A stretch of DNA of 64,000 bases from an uncultured Bacteroidota bacterium. Lineage in GTDB: Bacteria; Bacteroidota; Bacteroidia; Bacteroidales; GWA2-32-17. Numbering within the stretch: position 1 is the first letter of the stretch; the number at the start of each line of letters is the position of its first letter. The notes beneath the pieces are model-generated. The model saw only the letters and a program-made list of their open reading frames with translations, ran no database searches and had not been told where the DNA came from. Positions 21,208 to 30,496 of this stretch are shown here, piece after piece. Location: the NCBI GenBank assembly GCA_903872185.1, contig CAIQJL010000264.1, positions 38 to 64,037 of the forward strand, written 5' to 3'. Made by a program: the position numbers and the translations under genes.

Positions 21208-21672
21208 ATGGAATCAAAAGATATGAAAGAATTAAAAGTAAGTGCAATTAAAGAGGGAACTGTAATTGATCATATTCCTGCACGAAGCCTATTTAAGGTA
21301 ATCTCTATACTTGAGCTACAAAAAATGGACACTCAAATAACAATAGGTTATAATTTTGAGAGCAAAAGATTAGGTCAAAAAGGGATTATTAAAATTTCGG
21401 ATAAATTTCCTAGTCAGAAAGATCTTAACAAAATAGCACTATTCGCACCTGAAGCAAAAATCAACATTATACGCGATTATAAAGTTGTAGAAAAAGATAA
21501 CGTGCAGGTTCCTGACGCCATTGAAGGTATTGTAAAATGCATGAATCCGAAATGTATTACAAACCAGGAAAATGTAAAACCAAAATTTACGGTTTTAGAG
21601 AAAAAGAATGTAACATTAAAATGTAATTATTGCGAAAAAATTACTGATCAGGATCATTTTGAAATGAGATAA
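21208..21672 (+). CDS. pyrI: aspartate carbamoyltransferase regulatory subunit
   Basis: 154-aa ORF immediately after pyrB. Block VIDHIP and a C-terminal zinc cluster CMNPKC...CNYC. Confidence 0.92.
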   Translation: MESKDMKELKVSAIKEGTVIDHIPARSLFKVISILELQKMDTQITIGYNFESKRLGQKGIIKISDKFPSQKDLNKIALFAPEAKINIIRDYKVVEKDNVQVPDAIEGIVKCMNPKCITNQENVKPKFTVLEKKNVTLKCNYCEKITDQDHFEMR

Positions 21673-21714
21673 ATACTGCTGTAACATTAAAAAATTGAGT
21701 CGAATATATAAGTT

Positions 21715-21866
21715 TGTCATCAAGAGTATCCGCCGCGGCGAATGTAACGTAATGAAGGATCTGGGTTGAAATCCAAACCAGTTTACCTTCGGTGAAAAAG
21801 TACTTCGCGGAGTTTATCCTGACGAAGGAAGGACTCTTAATGACATTCTAATTTCCCTTTTGTCAT
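21715..21866. repeat. GC-rich repeat, family A (composite copy)
   Basis: Starts tgtcatcaagagtatccgccgcggcgaa, which parallels tgtcattctgtccgccacggcggagaa at 55346. Ends ...aaggactcttaatgaca + ttctaatttcccttttgtcat. The 18-mer 21849-21866 is the exact reverse complement of 55420-55437. Confidence 0.7.
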
Positions 21867-21924
21867 CCAGCCTTTTAACACTTCATGTAAAATGAATAAA
21901 GTTAAAAGACAAATAACTCCTCAT

Positions 21925-21951
21925 CCTTGGTCTGTGGCACACAGACCAAGG
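21925..21951. repeat. perfect 12-bp hairpin (ccttggtctgtg-gca-cacagaccaagg)
   Basis: Read directly from the sequence. No flanking T-run on either strand, so it is not a canonical intrinsic terminator. Confidence 0.7.
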
Positions 21952-21999
21952 TAGCAACATCAACAAAGGCAGAGAACCATCAATCAGAAATATTATTTC

Positions 22000-24144
22000 C
22001 TACAAATTATCGTCAAAATACTTTGTAATTTTTTTCATTAAATGTATTCTATCCATTCCACGAACATTATGCTGATGCTCTGGGTATAGAAAATAATCTA
22101 TTAAAATTCCATCTTTTATACATTGTTGTAGAAATGACAAACTGTTTTGAAGAACTACTGTATCATCAATATAACCATGAATAATCAATAATTCGCCTTT
22201 TAAATTTTTTGCTTTGTTAATTAAACTGGATTTTTGATATCCATCAGGATTTTCCTGAGGTGTATCCATATAACGTTCACCATACATAACTTCGTAATAT
22301 TTCCAGTCAATTACTGGACCGCCAGCTACTCCAGCTTTAAAAACATCGGGGAAAGTTGTCATTAAATTTATAGTCATAAAACCACCGTAACTCCAACCAT
22401 GAACTCCAATTCTTTTCTCATCAACGTAACCTAAATTTTTTAAATACTTTATAACTTCCATTTGATCTAAAGCCTCTGCCTCACCCACATTTCTATGAAT
22501 AACGCTTTCAAATTCAAAACCACGATTTGCCGAGCCTCTATTATCTATTGTTATTACAACGTACCCTTTTTGAGCCATATAATAATCCCATAATGGCGCA
22601 CCGCCCAGCCAGGTGTTATCGACCAGCTGTGCATGGGGGCCACCATAAACGTATAAAATTGCAGGATATTTTTTTGTTTTATCGAAATTTAAAGGCTTAA
22701 TTACCCTACCATATAAATCAGTTTTTCCATCGGCTGCTTTTATTATAAACATTTGCATCTCGGGCATAGATACATCTTTCATTGGATTTTCTGCATTTAC
22801 CAATTCTCTTACTTTCTTTCCTTTTGAATCATTTAAATTAATAACATTTGGAAATTCAATTGAGCTATATTGATCAAGAATATAATTTTTCGAGTCGCTT
22901 AACATTGCAGCATGATATCCTTTTTCAGTAGTTAATAAAACAGTTTTTCCAGTTTCAATATTTACACTATATAAATTTCTTTCTAATGGACTTTTTTCAG
23001 TTGAAACATAAAATAATTCTGTTTCTTTTTCATTAAATCCTAAAAACTCAGTAACAACCCACTCTCCTTTCGTAATTTGTTTTAACATTTTACCATTAAA
23101 ATCATACAAATAAAAATGATTATAACCATCGCGCTGACTTTGCCAAATAAACTTATCGTTTGATTTTTTTAAGAAAACAGCAGGCTTTAGAGGCTCAACA
23201 TATCTATCATTTTTTTCTTCAAAAAGAGTTTTAACAAATTCACCAGTTAATGCATCATACTGATTAAATTTCATATGATTTTGTTGAGGATTAAGCACTG
23301 CAATAAAAATAAATTTTTCGTCATTACTCCAAGAAATATTTGTAAGATATTGAACTTTTGGTTCACCTGTTTTTAAGTAAATTATATTACCATTTTCTAC
23401 CGAAAATACTCCAACAGTAACTTCATGGCTTTGCATACCAGCCATAGGGTAACGTAATTTATTTAACTCTGCAATTCTTGGTTCAATATCAACTAATGGA
23501 TATTCCGTTACCATACTCTCATCCATTCGATAAAAAGCAAGTTTTTTACCAGATGGGCTCCAGTATGTTCCTTTTTCAATTCCAAATTCATTACGATGAA
23601 CAGTTTTTCCGAATACAATCCCCGTGTTTTTTTCAGATGAAACAGGTGTTATTTTTGAATTAATATCTGCTACAAATAAATTATTAGCTTTTGTATATGC
23701 AAGCATTTTACTTTCAATAGAAAAATCGGCATTTTCTATTTCATCATCAATTTTAATATAAGATTCAACTTTTTTAGTTTTTACATCTAATAACGCAATA
23801 CCATCAGGACGATCTATTTTAATTAATGTTGGCGAAATCCACGAAAAAGATCCAAACCCATTAACTTCTTTTACATTAACGGCTTCAAAAGCAGTGCTTA
23901 ATTCTTTACTTGTTAAAATTTCCTTTTCATTTGTATTTTTAACTCCACCCTCAAATAAATTTCCTTTCTTAATAAAAGTATAAGTTTCGCTACCAAATCG
24001 CCATTGAAGTTGATTTATAGTTTTTGGATAAAACTGACGATATTGACCAATTGTGGCTTCATCAATTGTAAGTAAACGACCTTGCGAAAATACCGTTACA
24101 AAGCAGATTACCTGAAGGATAATCAATATGCTTAATTTTTTCAT
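22000..24144 (-). CDS. dipeptidyl-peptidase IV (S9B family serine peptidase)
   Basis: 714-aa ORF. Signal peptide, N-terminal DPP-IV beta-propeller region, catalytic GWSYGG, and later Asp/His blocks (HGYIDDTV, EHQHNV). Confidence 0.9.
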   Translation of the reverse strand: MKKLSILIILQVICFVTVFSQGRLLTIDEATIGQYRQFYPKTINQLQWRFGSETYTFIKKGNLFEGGVKNTNEKEILTSKELSTAFEAVNVKEVNGFGSFSWISPTLIKIDRPDGIALLDVKTKKVESYIKIDDEIENADFSIESKMLAYTKANNLFVADINSKITPVSSEKNTGIVFGKTVHRNEFGIEKGTYWSPSGKKLAFYRMDESMVTEYPLVDIEPRIAELNKLRYPMAGMQSHEVTVGVFSVENGNIIYLKTGEPKVQYLTNISWSNDEKFIFIAVLNPQQNHMKFNQYDALTGEFVKTLFEEKNDRYVEPLKPAVFLKKSNDKFIWQSQRDGYNHFYLYDFNGKMLKQITKGEWVVTEFLGFNEKETELFYVSTEKSPLERNLYSVNIETGKTVLLTTEKGYHAAMLSDSKNYILDQYSSIEFPNVINLNDSKGKKVRELVNAENPMKDVSMPEMQMFIIKAADGKTDLYGRVIKPLNFDKTKKYPAILYVYGGPHAQLVDNTWLGGAPLWDYYMAQKGYVVITIDNRGSANRGFEFESVIHRNVGEAEALDQMEVIKYLKNLGYVDEKRIGVHGWSYGGFMTINLMTTFPDVFKAGVAGGPVIDWKYYEVMYGERYMDTPQENPDGYQKSSLINKAKNLKGELLIIHGYIDDTVVLQNSLSFLQQCIKDGILIDYFLYPEHQHNVRGMDRIHLMKKITKYFDDNL

Positions 24145-24164
24145 ATGCTTATTATTTTGATTTA

Positions 24165-25367
24165 TTGACTTATTATTCTATTTTCACGCCCAAAGCCGAA
24201 ACAGTGATAGTTATATTTTCAAAGATATACTTTTTATTAAAAAACTTTTTAATACTAATCTCATTATTTAATGTTTTAGCAATTCCACAATTTCACGTTG
24301 TTATAAATCACTATACACAAGAGAATAACATAGAACTAATTGTACCAGAAAATATTTACGGTAATAAATATTACGAAATTAATCATTCCGATAGCTTAAA
24401 GCATAAACGCGAAATTAGCGAAATCGAGCAAATAATGCGCAACTACAACCTAGTTGACATTAGCGATTTAGATTCGAATATTATTGTAAGTTTACAATAT
24501 GCAACAACATCAAATTTTCTTAAAAAAAACATTTACGGAAATTTAACCCATGCTTATCTTCAAAAAGATGTAGCAGAAAAACTAATATTGGCATCAAATA
24601 ATCTGATAAAAATAATGCCTCAATACCGTATTGTAGTATTAGATGCTGCCCGGCCACTTTCGTTACAACAAATTATGTGGAACGAAGCCCAGGTTCCAGA
24701 AAATGATAAAGATAAATTTATTGCAAATCCGATTTATCATAGCCTTCATAATTACGGCACTGCAGTTGACATAACACTATCTGACTCTTCGGGTAAGTGG
24801 CTAGATATGGGAACCGGTTTTGATTCCTTTGATGATCTTGCTTATCCTTCTCTTGAACCAGAATTATTAAAAACCGGAAAACTTACGGCAATACAAATCA
24901 ATAACAGATTAATTTTACGATCTGCAATGAAATTTGCAGGCTTTTCAAGTATTTCAACTGAATGGTGGCATTTTAATTCATGTACTCGAGATTACGCAAA
25001 AAAGAATTATCCATTAATTGTATCTCATATTTTAGCAGACAACCCAAGCTTTGTAACTGCTTTAAAAACAACTAATACCCAAACTGAAATTAAAGAACCA
25101 AATGTAAATGATATTAATTTCAGAATACAAATAATGACCTCTGAAAACAAACTAAAACAATCTGATACAATTTTCAAAAACAAAAAGGTTAACGAATACC
25201 TCCATAAAGGATTATATAAATATACTATTGGAAAATATAAAACGGTAGAAGAAGCTATGTTACAGCTTTCACAAATAAGAAATAATGGGTTTAAAGATGC
25301 ATTTGTTGTTGCGTTTAATAAAAATGAAAGAATTGGAATAAAAGATGCTACAGAGTTACTTCAATAA
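24165..25367 (+). CDS. M15 family D-Ala-D-Ala dipeptidase-like (VanX/DdpX-type) protein with C-terminal SPOR domain
   Basis: 400-aa ORF. Blocks LVDISDLDSNIIVSLQYATTSNF, SLHNYGTAVDITL and EWWHF match the VanX-type zinc peptidase. The last ~75 aa (FRIQIMTS...YKYTIGKYKTVEEA...GFKDAFVVAF) match SPOR. The start codon is uncertain. Confidence 0.75.
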   Translation: MTYYSIFTPKAETVIVIFSKIYFLLKNFLILISLFNVLAIPQFHVVINHYTQENNIELIVPENIYGNKYYEINHSDSLKHKREISEIEQIMRNYNLVDISDLDSNIIVSLQYATTSNFLKKNIYGNLTHAYLQKDVAEKLILASNNLIKIMPQYRIVVLDAARPLSLQQIMWNEAQVPENDKDKFIANPIYHSLHNYGTAVDITLSDSSGKWLDMGTGFDSFDDLAYPSLEPELLKTGKLTAIQINNRLILRSAMKFAGFSSISTEWWHFNSCTRDYAKKNYPLIVSHILADNPSFVTALKTTNTQTEIKEPNVNDINFRIQIMTSENKLKQSDTIFKNKKVNEYLHKGLYKYTIGKYKTVEEAMLQLSQIRNNGFKDAFVVAFNKNERIGIKDATELLQ

Positions 25368-25498
25368 TGCTTTATTTCATATACTTAGATATCGACATTA
25401 AAAATTATTAAATAAAATTATTGAAAGTGAGATTAAAACTTTTGATAATTCAACTTTTTTTTCTTACTTGCATATTCTAATTAATTATATGGATTATC

Positions 25499-26413
25499 AT
25501 GTTAAGCAATAAATTACGTGCACGAATAAAATTGATTCCAGCTATTTTTATTATGGCATTCGCCATAAATGGGTGTAACTCGGATGGAAACTCAGATGAT
25601 AATATAGAACAAAACATTGAATCAAAGATAGATTCAACATCTAGCACCCTAATAAAATTTGACAATACTCTTTTTAGTATTCCTTCACCATACGAAATCG
25701 CTTTCTTACTAAAAAATTCTAAACTTGATTTTGATAAAAACCTTATAAATCCTTATAATAAATCTCATAACTACACAAGCAGTTTTCAAAAAGCATTAAA
25801 TCTTGGTGTTTATGGTGCTAACTTAGGTTATTTAAACGTATTTGAACAAAACTCTGAAGCAATTCAATATTTTTCTGTAATCAAAATTTTATCACAAGAA
25901 CTTGGTATTGAAAATGCTTTCGATAAACAAACAATAAATAGAATTGAAGGTAACTTAGGAAATAAGGATTCTTTAATGTTTATTATTTCTAATTCATATC
26001 GCAAAGCTGATCAATATTTAAAAGATAATAACAGAAATGATGTTGGCGTTTTAGTTTTAGCTGGTGGCTGGCTAGAAAGCACATATATGCTTACAGAGAT
26101 TTCAAGAACTACTAAAAACAAAGACATTCTAACCAGAATTGGAGAACAGAAACATCCGTTAGATAATTTAATTAAAATTTTATCTCCATTTTATAATCAA
26201 TCAAAAGAATACGGCGAACTTATTGACGCTCTTATTGATTTAGCTTATGATTTCGATGGAATAGATATTAATTACACATACTCAGCACCAACAGTTGATG
26301 TTAAAAACAAACTAACTGTAATAAATAGTAAATCGGAATTGGTAATGACTGATCAACAAATCAAAACCATATCAGATAAAATAAGTGCAATTAGAAAAAA
26401 GATAGTAGAATAA
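25499..26413 (+). CDS. hypothetical lipoprotein (predicted all-alpha)
   Basis: 304-aa ORF. Lipobox-like IMAFAINGCNSD. No motif recognised. Confidence 0.55.
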   Translation: MLSNKLRARIKLIPAIFIMAFAINGCNSDGNSDDNIEQNIESKIDSTSSTLIKFDNTLFSIPSPYEIAFLLKNSKLDFDKNLINPYNKSHNYTSSFQKALNLGVYGANLGYLNVFEQNSEAIQYFSVIKILSQELGIENAFDKQTINRIEGNLGNKDSLMFIISNSYRKADQYLKDNNRNDVGVLVLAGGWLESTYMLTEISRTTKNKDILTRIGEQKHPLDNLIKILSPFYNQSKEYGELIDALIDLAYDFDGIDINYTYSAPTVDVKNKLTVINSKSELVMTDQQIKTISDKISAIRKKIVE

Positions 26414-26425
26414 AAAGTATTTATA

Positions 26426-26854
26426 ATGAAAAAGATAATAACTGTCATTTTAGCCTCAATAATAACATTGGTTTTTTATTCAAATAAAACCATGGCGCAG
26501 GCTGATGTTACTACTGCTTTATGTACAAAATATATAGTTTCTCCATTTATTTCTGATGGGCAACAATATAAAGCTTTACTAAATGGTGAAGAAATAGCTG
26601 AATTTCATGCTACTTTTTATGGTGGAACAACATATAGAATTATAGCAGCATCAGGACAAACCGAAGGAAATATTGTTTTTTCTCTATATGATAAAGAACG
26701 TAATCTTCTATTTACAAACCGCGATTATCAAAACTCTCCTTACTGGGATTTTAAATTTACTTCAACTATTGATTGCATTATTGAAGCAGAGCTTGACGGA
26801 ACAGATAAAACTGCGTCAGGATTTGCAATTATGCTTATTGGATTTAAACAATAA
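26426..26854 (+). CDS. hypothetical secreted protein
   Basis: 142-aa ORF with signal peptide ending MAQA, 12 bp after the lipoprotein gene. Confidence 0.55.
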   Translation: MKKIITVILASIITLVFYSNKTMAQADVTTALCTKYIVSPFISDGQQYKALLNGEEIAEFHATFYGGTTYRIIAASGQTEGNIVFSLYDKERNLLFTNRDYQNSPYWDFKFTSTIDCIIEAELDGTDKTASGFAIMLIGFKQ

Positions 26855-26886
26855 ACTTATTTAACTGGAACATTATCTTATAAAAG

Positions 26887-26916
26887 AGGCATTATTTAAA
26901 ATGATAATGCCTTTTT
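26887..26916 (+). terminator. rho-independent terminator
   Basis: Stem aggcattat/ataatgcct followed by ttttt. Separates the two small secreted-protein genes from the ABC gene. Confidence 0.7.
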
Positions 26917-26932
26917 CACTTGAAAAAAGAAA

Positions 26933-29900
26933 ATGAGCGAAAGAATACTAAAGGCCCTAATGCAGTTGTTTGCAATCATTGCTCGACCAGAGAGCAATGC
27001 CGAAGAACGCAGGTCTGTTGTAGGTTCATTTTTACTTCAACAATTAAACAGCGAATTAGTTAACGAATATCTTAAGGTATTTAATAATTACTATGAACAG
27101 TATCAAGCAAAACAATCTGACAGTACATTACGAAAAAAGAGGATTGCCGGAAGTTCTGTTAAAGTATTAAAAATTTGTACAGAAATTAACGAAGAGCTAA
27201 CTCAAAAACAAAAGATAATAGTTGTAGTTCGTTTACTTGAATTTATAAAATCAGACTCCGACGAAATTTCTGAACAAGAACAAGAATTTGTAGAAACCGT
27301 TGCAGATACATTTCACATTGATTCCGAAGAGTATATTCGCTTAAAAGCATTTATTCTTTACACTTTTGATGAAATCCCAAACTCAACCAGAATGCTATTG
27401 GTTGATAGCCAAAAAGAGTTTATTCATCCTAAAGCAAAACATTTATATCGCTCAGGCTTACAAGGTCAGATTCGAGTATTCCATGTTAGAATTGCAAACA
27501 TGTTCCTTTTAAAATATTTAGGTGAAAAGGAATTATATTTAAATGGGCAGTTAATTCATTTACAAAAAGTATATGTACTAACAAATGGCAGTTCCATTCG
27601 TTCGGCTAAAATTTCTCCTATTTACTACTCAGATATTCTCAGTATTTTTAATGAAGACAAACTAAAATCAAAAATCATATTCGAAGCCAGAAATATCGAG
27701 TATGCTTTTAAAGGTGGTGGTATTGGTCTGCATGACATGAATTTCCTCGAAGAATCTGGACACCTAGTAGGTATAATGGGAGCCAGCGGAGCAGGAAAAA
27801 CAACTTTATTAAATGTTTTAAACGGTTCGTACCCCCCAACCAGTGGAGAAATATTAATAAATGACATTAGCATTTATTCAAAAAACGAATCAATTGAAGG
27901 ACTAATTGGCTATGTTTCTCAAGACGATTTACTTATTGAAGATTTAACTGTATTCCAAAATTTATACTACAACGCTAAACTTTGTTTTGATAATCTTAAC
28001 CACTTTCAAATTTTAAGAATAGTTCTTAAAACCTTGCAAAGTCTTGGATTGTATAAGATAAAGCACATGAAAGTTGGAAGCCCGATGAATAAAAAAATTA
28101 GCGGTGGCCAACGTAAACGTTTAAATATTGCGTTAGAACTTATTCGAGAGCCTTCTATTCTTTTTCTTGATGAACCAACATCTGGTTTGTCGTCAAGAGA
28201 TTCTGAAAATATTCTTGACTTACTTAAAGATTTAACTTTAAAAGGAAAATTAGTTTTTGTAGTTATTCATCAGCCCTCATCAGATATTTTTAAAATGTTT
28301 GATAAACTACTTATACTTGACACTGGTGGATATTTAATTTATAATGGAGATCCTGTTGATTCTATAATTTACTTTAAATCAAGGACTCATCAAGCAAACT
28401 GGAGCGAAAGTGAATGTCCAACTTGTGGTAATGTTAATCCAGAACAAATATTTAACATAGTAGAAGCAAATGTACTTGACGAGTATGGAAACATGACTCA
28501 TACCCGCAAATTTTCTCCTAATGAATGGCTTGGTAGTTATAATAAATATCATGTTAAATTAGAAGCAAAAACAGAAGAAGAAAAATCACATTATAGATTA
28601 CCAGAAATATTTTTTAAAGTACCTGGAATAATAAAACAATTTAAGGTATTTGTTGTTAGAGATGTACTTTCAAAACTTTCGAATACACAATATTTACTAA
28701 TTAACCTGATAGAAGCACCTTTGTTAGCTTTACTTCTTTCGTACATTATTAAATATTATAATATAGATGCTTCTAGTGATACAGGCTATTCTTTTAGCGA
28801 AAACAGTAATATTTCAATTTTTATTTTCATGGCAGTTATTATTTCAATTTTTATTGGATTAACTGTTAGTGCTGAAGAAATTTTCAGGGATAGAAAAATC
28901 AGAAAACGTGAAAAATATTTGAATTTAAGTTGGGGCAGTTACTTATTTTCTAAAGTTGCAATACTTACTGTACTTTCAGCAATACAAGCAGCTATTTTTG
29001 TACTTATAGGAAACTCAGTTTTAGAAATTCATGGAATGTACTGGCAATATTGGTTAGTTTTATTTAGTGCATGGGTATTTTCAAATATTTTAGGCCTTAA
29101 TATTTCAGATGCATTTAATTCTGCCGTAACAATATACATATTAATTCCATTTTTAGTAATACCTCAACTTATATTAAGCGGTATAATTTTCAAATTTGAC
29201 AAACTTAATCCTGATATCAGCAGTCCTAGTCACATTCCAATTTACGGACAAATTATTACTGCTAGATGGGCATACGAGGCATTAGCTGTATACCAGTTTC
29301 GCGAAAACAAATACGAAAAACAATTTTACGCTTATGAGAAAATCATGAGTTCTTCTAACTTTAAAAAAGATTTCTGGCTTGTATCAATGCGTAATAAAGT
29401 TTCGGATGTAAAGAGATTACTTAATGAGAAGAATAAAAAAGATTTAATAGAAGATGATTTATTGCTCTTAAGAAATGAGCTTTCATTTGAAATTAAAATG
29501 AATAAAAAAATTCAACTACCAGTTAAGGTAGCTAATTTAGTTTATGGTAAAGTTGATAATATTGTAATTGATAAGTTGGTCTTTTACTTTGATGAATTAA
29601 ACAAATATTATATTCAGAAGTACAAGAAAGCAAGCGAAGCAAAAGATAGGCTATCTGCTAAACTAACAAATTCTGAGAAAGCAAATAAAGAATTTATTCA
29701 GTTAAAGAAAGACTATTACAATGAAAATTTAAAAGAGTTTGTGAGAAATGAAAATGAAGGCGTAAAGATTATTGAATATGATCACAAATTATATCAAAAA
29801 GCTGATCCAATATTTTTTGATACTCCAGGTGGTATTTTAGCTGCACATTTTTATGCACCACGCAAAATGGTCTTTGGCAAATATTTCGATACTTTCTGGG

Positions 29901-30034
29901 TTAACATCTCTGTAATTTGGCTAATGTCAATTGTGTTATTCATTTGCCTATATTTTAACCTATTAAGGAAGCTATTAGAACTAGGTGAATGGACTTCTGA
30001 AAGAATCAAAAAGAAGAACAAACTAAAAAAATAA
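26933..30034 (+). CDS. multi-domain ABC exporter (N-terminal helical TerB-like module, possible FHA-like module, ABCG-type NBD, ABC-2 permease, coiled-coil tail with terminal TM helix)
   Basis: 1033-aa ORF. Walker A GASGAGKTT, signature ISGGQRKR, Walker B ILFLDEPTSGLS and H-loop VIHQPS, then about 6 hydrophobic helices, then ~240 Lys/Glu-rich residues and a last TM helix. The N-terminal domain calls are inference. Confidence 0.85.
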   Translation: MSERILKALMQLFAIIARPESNAEERRSVVGSFLLQQLNSELVNEYLKVFNNYYEQYQAKQSDSTLRKKRIAGSSVKVLKICTEINEELTQKQKIIVVVRLLEFIKSDSDEISEQEQEFVETVADTFHIDSEEYIRLKAFILYTFDEIPNSTRMLLVDSQKEFIHPKAKHLYRSGLQGQIRVFHVRIANMFLLKYLGEKELYLNGQLIHLQKVYVLTNGSSIRSAKISPIYYSDILSIFNEDKLKSKIIFEARNIEYAFKGGGIGLHDMNFLEESGHLVGIMGASGAGKTTLLNVLNGSYPPTSGEILINDISIYSKNESIEGLIGYVSQDDLLIEDLTVFQNLYYNAKLCFDNLNHFQILRIVLKTLQSLGLYKIKHMKVGSPMNKKISGGQRKRLNIALELIREPSILFLDEPTSGLSSRDSENILDLLKDLTLKGKLVFVVIHQPSSDIFKMFDKLLILDTGGYLIYNGDPVDSIIYFKSRTHQANWSESECPTCGNVNPEQIFNIVEANVLDEYGNMTHTRKFSPNEWLGSYNKYHVKLEAKTEEEKSHYRLPEIFFKVPGIIKQFKVFVVRDVLSKLSNTQYLLINLIEAPLLALLLSYIIKYYNIDASSDTGYSFSENSNISIFIFMAVIISIFIGLTVSAEEIFRDRKIRKREKYLNLSWGSYLFSKVAILTVLSAIQAAIFVLIGNSVLEIHGMYWQYWLVLFSAWVFSNILGLNISDAFNSAVTIYILIPFLVIPQLILSGIIFKFDKLNPDISSPSHIPIYGQIITARWAYEALAVYQFRENKYEKQFYAYEKIMSSSNFKKDFWLVSMRNKVSDVKRLLNEKNKKDLIEDDLLLLRNELSFEIKMNKKIQLPVKVANLVYGKVDNIVIDKLVFYFDELNKYYIQKYKKASEAKDRLSAKLTNSEKANKEFIQLKKDYYNENLKEFVRNENEGVKIIEYDHKLYQKADPIFFDTPGGILAAHFYAPRKMVFGKYFDTFWVNISVIWLMSIVLFICLYFNLLRKLLELGEWTSERIKKKNKLKK

Positions 30035-30065
30035 AAAGCCGGATAATTAAATTACCCGGCTTTTT
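30033..30065. terminator. bidirectional terminator between the ABC gene and the siaC-like gene
   Basis: The sequence is aaaaagccggataattaaattacccggcttttt. It has a GC-clamped stem flanked by A5 and T5. Confidence 0.75.
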
Positions 30066-30082
30066 ATTTAAACAAATATTTT

Positions 30083-30463
30083 TTATTCTTCTATTTCAAT
30101 CATTTTAAATGGAACTTTAATAATTGATTGGTAATCTTCGCCAGCTTCTAACATATCTTCATCATCTTCTTCGTAATACCAGTTAATAATTACTGCACTA
30201 CCTGCTTTAGCAATGTTTTCTAATTTTTTAAAGATATCAAGTATACATTTAGACGAACTAGTATTAAAATACTCAAGTTGAATATTTACTACAGTATTTG
30301 CAAGCGCTGCTCCACTATATGACTCTAACCAATCAACAAGTGGTTTGTAGAATTCAATAGAATTTTCGGGAATGGATCTTCCTTTTATTTCTATTTTTCC
30401 TGTGGTTGCATCAAAATTCACAGTTGGTGTTTTTGGTGTTCCTTCAATAATTATTGGATCCAT
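30083..30463 (-). CDS. SiaC-like regulatory phosphoprotein (DUF1987)
   Basis: 126-aa ORF. Blocks IEGTPKTPTVNFDATTGKIEIKGRSIPEN, FYKPLVDWL, YFNTSSSK and INWYYEEDDEDM are colinear with DUF1987/SiaC as I remember it. Confidence 0.8.
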   Translation of the reverse strand: MDPIIIEGTPKTPTVNFDATTGKIEIKGRSIPENSIEFYKPLVDWLESYSGAALANTVVNIQLEYFNTSSSKCILDIFKKLENIAKAGSAVIINWYYEEDDEDMLEAGEDYQSIIKVPFKMIEIEE

Positions 30464-30496
30464 ATGCCTTATTTTTTTTTAGAGTTTAAAGATATG

